Assembly: GCA_905250065.1 (NCBI GenBank)
Contig: CAJNON010000484.1
Coordinates: forward strand, 40,380-46,468
Source of the DNA: Adineta steineri
Lineage: Eukaryota
Length of the DNA: 6,089 bases
Direction: 5' to 3'
Part shown: positions 5,309-6,089 of the stretch, piece by piece
Layout: every line of letters begins with the position of its first letter
Position numbering within the stretch: position 1 is the stretch's first letter
Notes under the pieces: model-generated
Told to the model about the DNA's origin: nothing
The model's database searches: none
The model's input: the letters and a program-made list of their open reading frames with translations, nothing else
Position numbers and translations under genes: made by a program

Positions 5309-6042
5309 CGAGAACAATGTGATCGCTAACACTCACTTGCAAGCGGAACGACTACTCGATACAATCACCAGTCAAAGCGGGCATTGCCGATCTTGTTGCT
5401 TTCAAACGATGCTTATCGTTACCGGAAATTCGAGCTATTTATCAACAACAAAAATGCATCGATCAAGTTCAAATTGGTACCTATATGAAAAAAAATGAGA
5501 GAAAAAAATGTACTATAATATAATCAATCATGTTCACATGAATCTATTTCTTCTGCAAGTATTGTTTCTGATATCATCATAGAAAAATAAATATAGAATA
5601 TCTCTAAATTGCCTTCAAAAAAAGAGTATTAATGATTTTGGAAAATTTGATCTTTTGAAACTATCAGAATAGTTTTGATCGATAGAAGTTTAATCCTGAA
5701 AAACTTTGTCTGGATCGTGAAAACTGACGCGAGTGCAGCTGCTTCTTTATTCTTTTATAAGCAAAAACGTTCCAATAAAACAAAAATCGATAATGAACCA
5801 TGTTCGCATTATAGAAATACAAAAAATAGATTTTATAGACAGTATTATCATTAGCGAAATACAGATCGATTCTAGTAGTGTACTCACTTTTTAAGTACAC
5901 AAAAAAGAGAATACTAGATAAAAATAAGAATGAAGAATTTTTTATTGAATAAGAAATTGATTTTGAAGAAGTTGTAATTATTTTTTCATTCGATTTGTCC
6001 TTGACGGGGTGAGTGTAGATGGAAGTGGTACTCTTCTCTTCA

Positions 6043-6065
6043 CCCACCCCTAGCCGCCCGCACCC
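6043..6065 (-). other. G-quadruplex-type motif (G3-4 N1-6)x4 on the minus strand within a GC-rich patch
   Basis: Plus ccc a cccc tagccg ccc gca ccc corresponds to minus GGG TGC GGG CGGCTA GGGG T GGG, with loops of 3, 6 and 1 nt. It lies in the only GC-rich segment of the non-coding region (6041-6089). Confidence 0.4.
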
Positions 6066-6089
6066 GCTCTGGTCCTCGCCGCACCCACC

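Larger units (their letters stand above)
1..5538 (-). mobile_element. Ty3/gypsy-class LTR retrotransposon, 5' portion (5' LTR, PBS, gag, pol through the integrase catalytic core); truncated by the left window edge
   Basis: The minus strand carries, in order: LTR end ...CA, a tRNA-complementary PBS, gag with a CCHC knuckle, then a -1-frame pol ordered PR-RT-RH-IN (integrase after RNase H gives Ty3/gypsy, not Ty1/copia). The outer (right) boundary is uncertain; see the LTR feature. Confidence 0.93.
5046..5538 (-). repeat. 5' LTR. The inner boundary is well supported; the outer boundary is only a candidate.
   Basis: Inner end: the minus strand reads ...GTTATATAAAAGAACTCACA(5046) TTT TGGTGCC..., the canonical LTR ...CA, short spacer, TGG-PBS arrangement. 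Outer-end candidates giving TG...CA termini are TGTGAACATG starting at 5538 (TGTGA/TCACA inverted termini, 493 bp), TGTTAGCG starting at 5331 (TGTTAG/CTCACA, 286 bp), or the AT-to-GC composition switch near 6040 (~1 kb). The second LTR is outside the window, so these cannot be resolved. Confidence 0.3.

Noticed and set aside
5096-5332. A 78-aa minus-strand ORF in the LTR.
   Set aside because: It is essentially a translation of the homopyrimidine tracts (poly-F/L) and the hairpin. It sits upstream of the PBS, where no coding capacity is expected.
5520-5809. A 17/20 imperfect direct repeat (ATAATCAATCATGTTCACAT at 5520-5539 versus ATAATGAACCATGTTCGCAT at 5790-5809, 270 bp apart), possibly a tandem duplication or a second LTR start.
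   Set aside because: Similarity stops at the 20-mer edges. My rough estimate is that a match this good arises by chance about once in ten comparable AT-rich 700-bp regions, which is not enough to call.
5664-6047. A 127-aa minus-strand ORF (GTG start).
   Set aside because: It has a non-ATG start and an AT-rich-driven K/N/I/Y/F/S composition, with no motifs. It lies in non-coding LTR or flank DNA.
6041-6089. The GC-rich end might be a tRNA gene (Ty3-like targeting) or a telomeric repeat.
   Set aside because: It has no D-loop or T-loop consensus (no GGTTCGA/TAGC..GG pattern) and cannot be drawn as a cloverleaf. The reiterated GGGTG units are irregular, and the segment is cut by the window edge.
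1-6089. A CRISPR array, an rRNA or tRNA gene, or a prokaryotic operon structure.
   Set aside because: There are no regularly spaced direct repeats, no structured-RNA gene signatures and no Shine-Dalgarno-linked gene series. The retrotransposon and its non-coding LTR or flank explain the whole window.

Overview
This window holds a eukaryotic-type mobile element, not a prokaryotic gene cluster or defence island. It is the 5' ~5.1-5.5 kb of a Ty3/gypsy-class (Metaviridae-like) LTR retrotransposon on the minus strand. Reading the minus strand from high to low coordinates: (1) AT-rich non-coding DNA ending in a 50-bp GC-rich patch (5539-6089), which could be LTR or host flank. (2) A 5' LTR whose inner end is ...CTCACA at 5046. 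(3) A 3-nt spacer, then a 17-nt primer-binding site at 5026-5042 complementary to a tRNA 3' end (...CCCGGGUCACGGCACCA, tRNA-His-like). (4) A 44-nt leader. (5) gag at 3383-4981 (532 aa), with a capsid-like region, a long Q/N/S/P-rich tail and one CCHC zinc knuckle. (6) pol in the -1 frame, open from 3431 to the left window edge (~1,143 codons). The supplied ORF track omits pol, most likely because it has no stop codon inside the window; I translated it by hand. Its domain order is protease (DTG), RT (FLDD), RNase H (D-E-D-D), integrase (HHCC plus D,D35E), which is diagnostic of Ty3/gypsy. Both reading frames are uninterrupted, so the copy looks potentially active. The points most worth a second look are: a gag/pol -1 frameshift cassette in a 49-nt overlap, made of a U_CCU_UUU heptamer plus a candidate H-type pseudoknot that contains the gag stop codon; a perfect 12-bp U5/leader stem that places the PBS in a loop; a perfect 14-bp hairpin bracketed by homopyrimidine tracts in the LTR; and an apparent internal duplication of a gag module. 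I see no CRISPR array, no tRNA or rRNA gene, and nothing supporting a novel prokaryotic system. The 3' LTR, PPT and integrase C-terminus lie outside the window, so LTR length, element age and clade cannot be fixed here.
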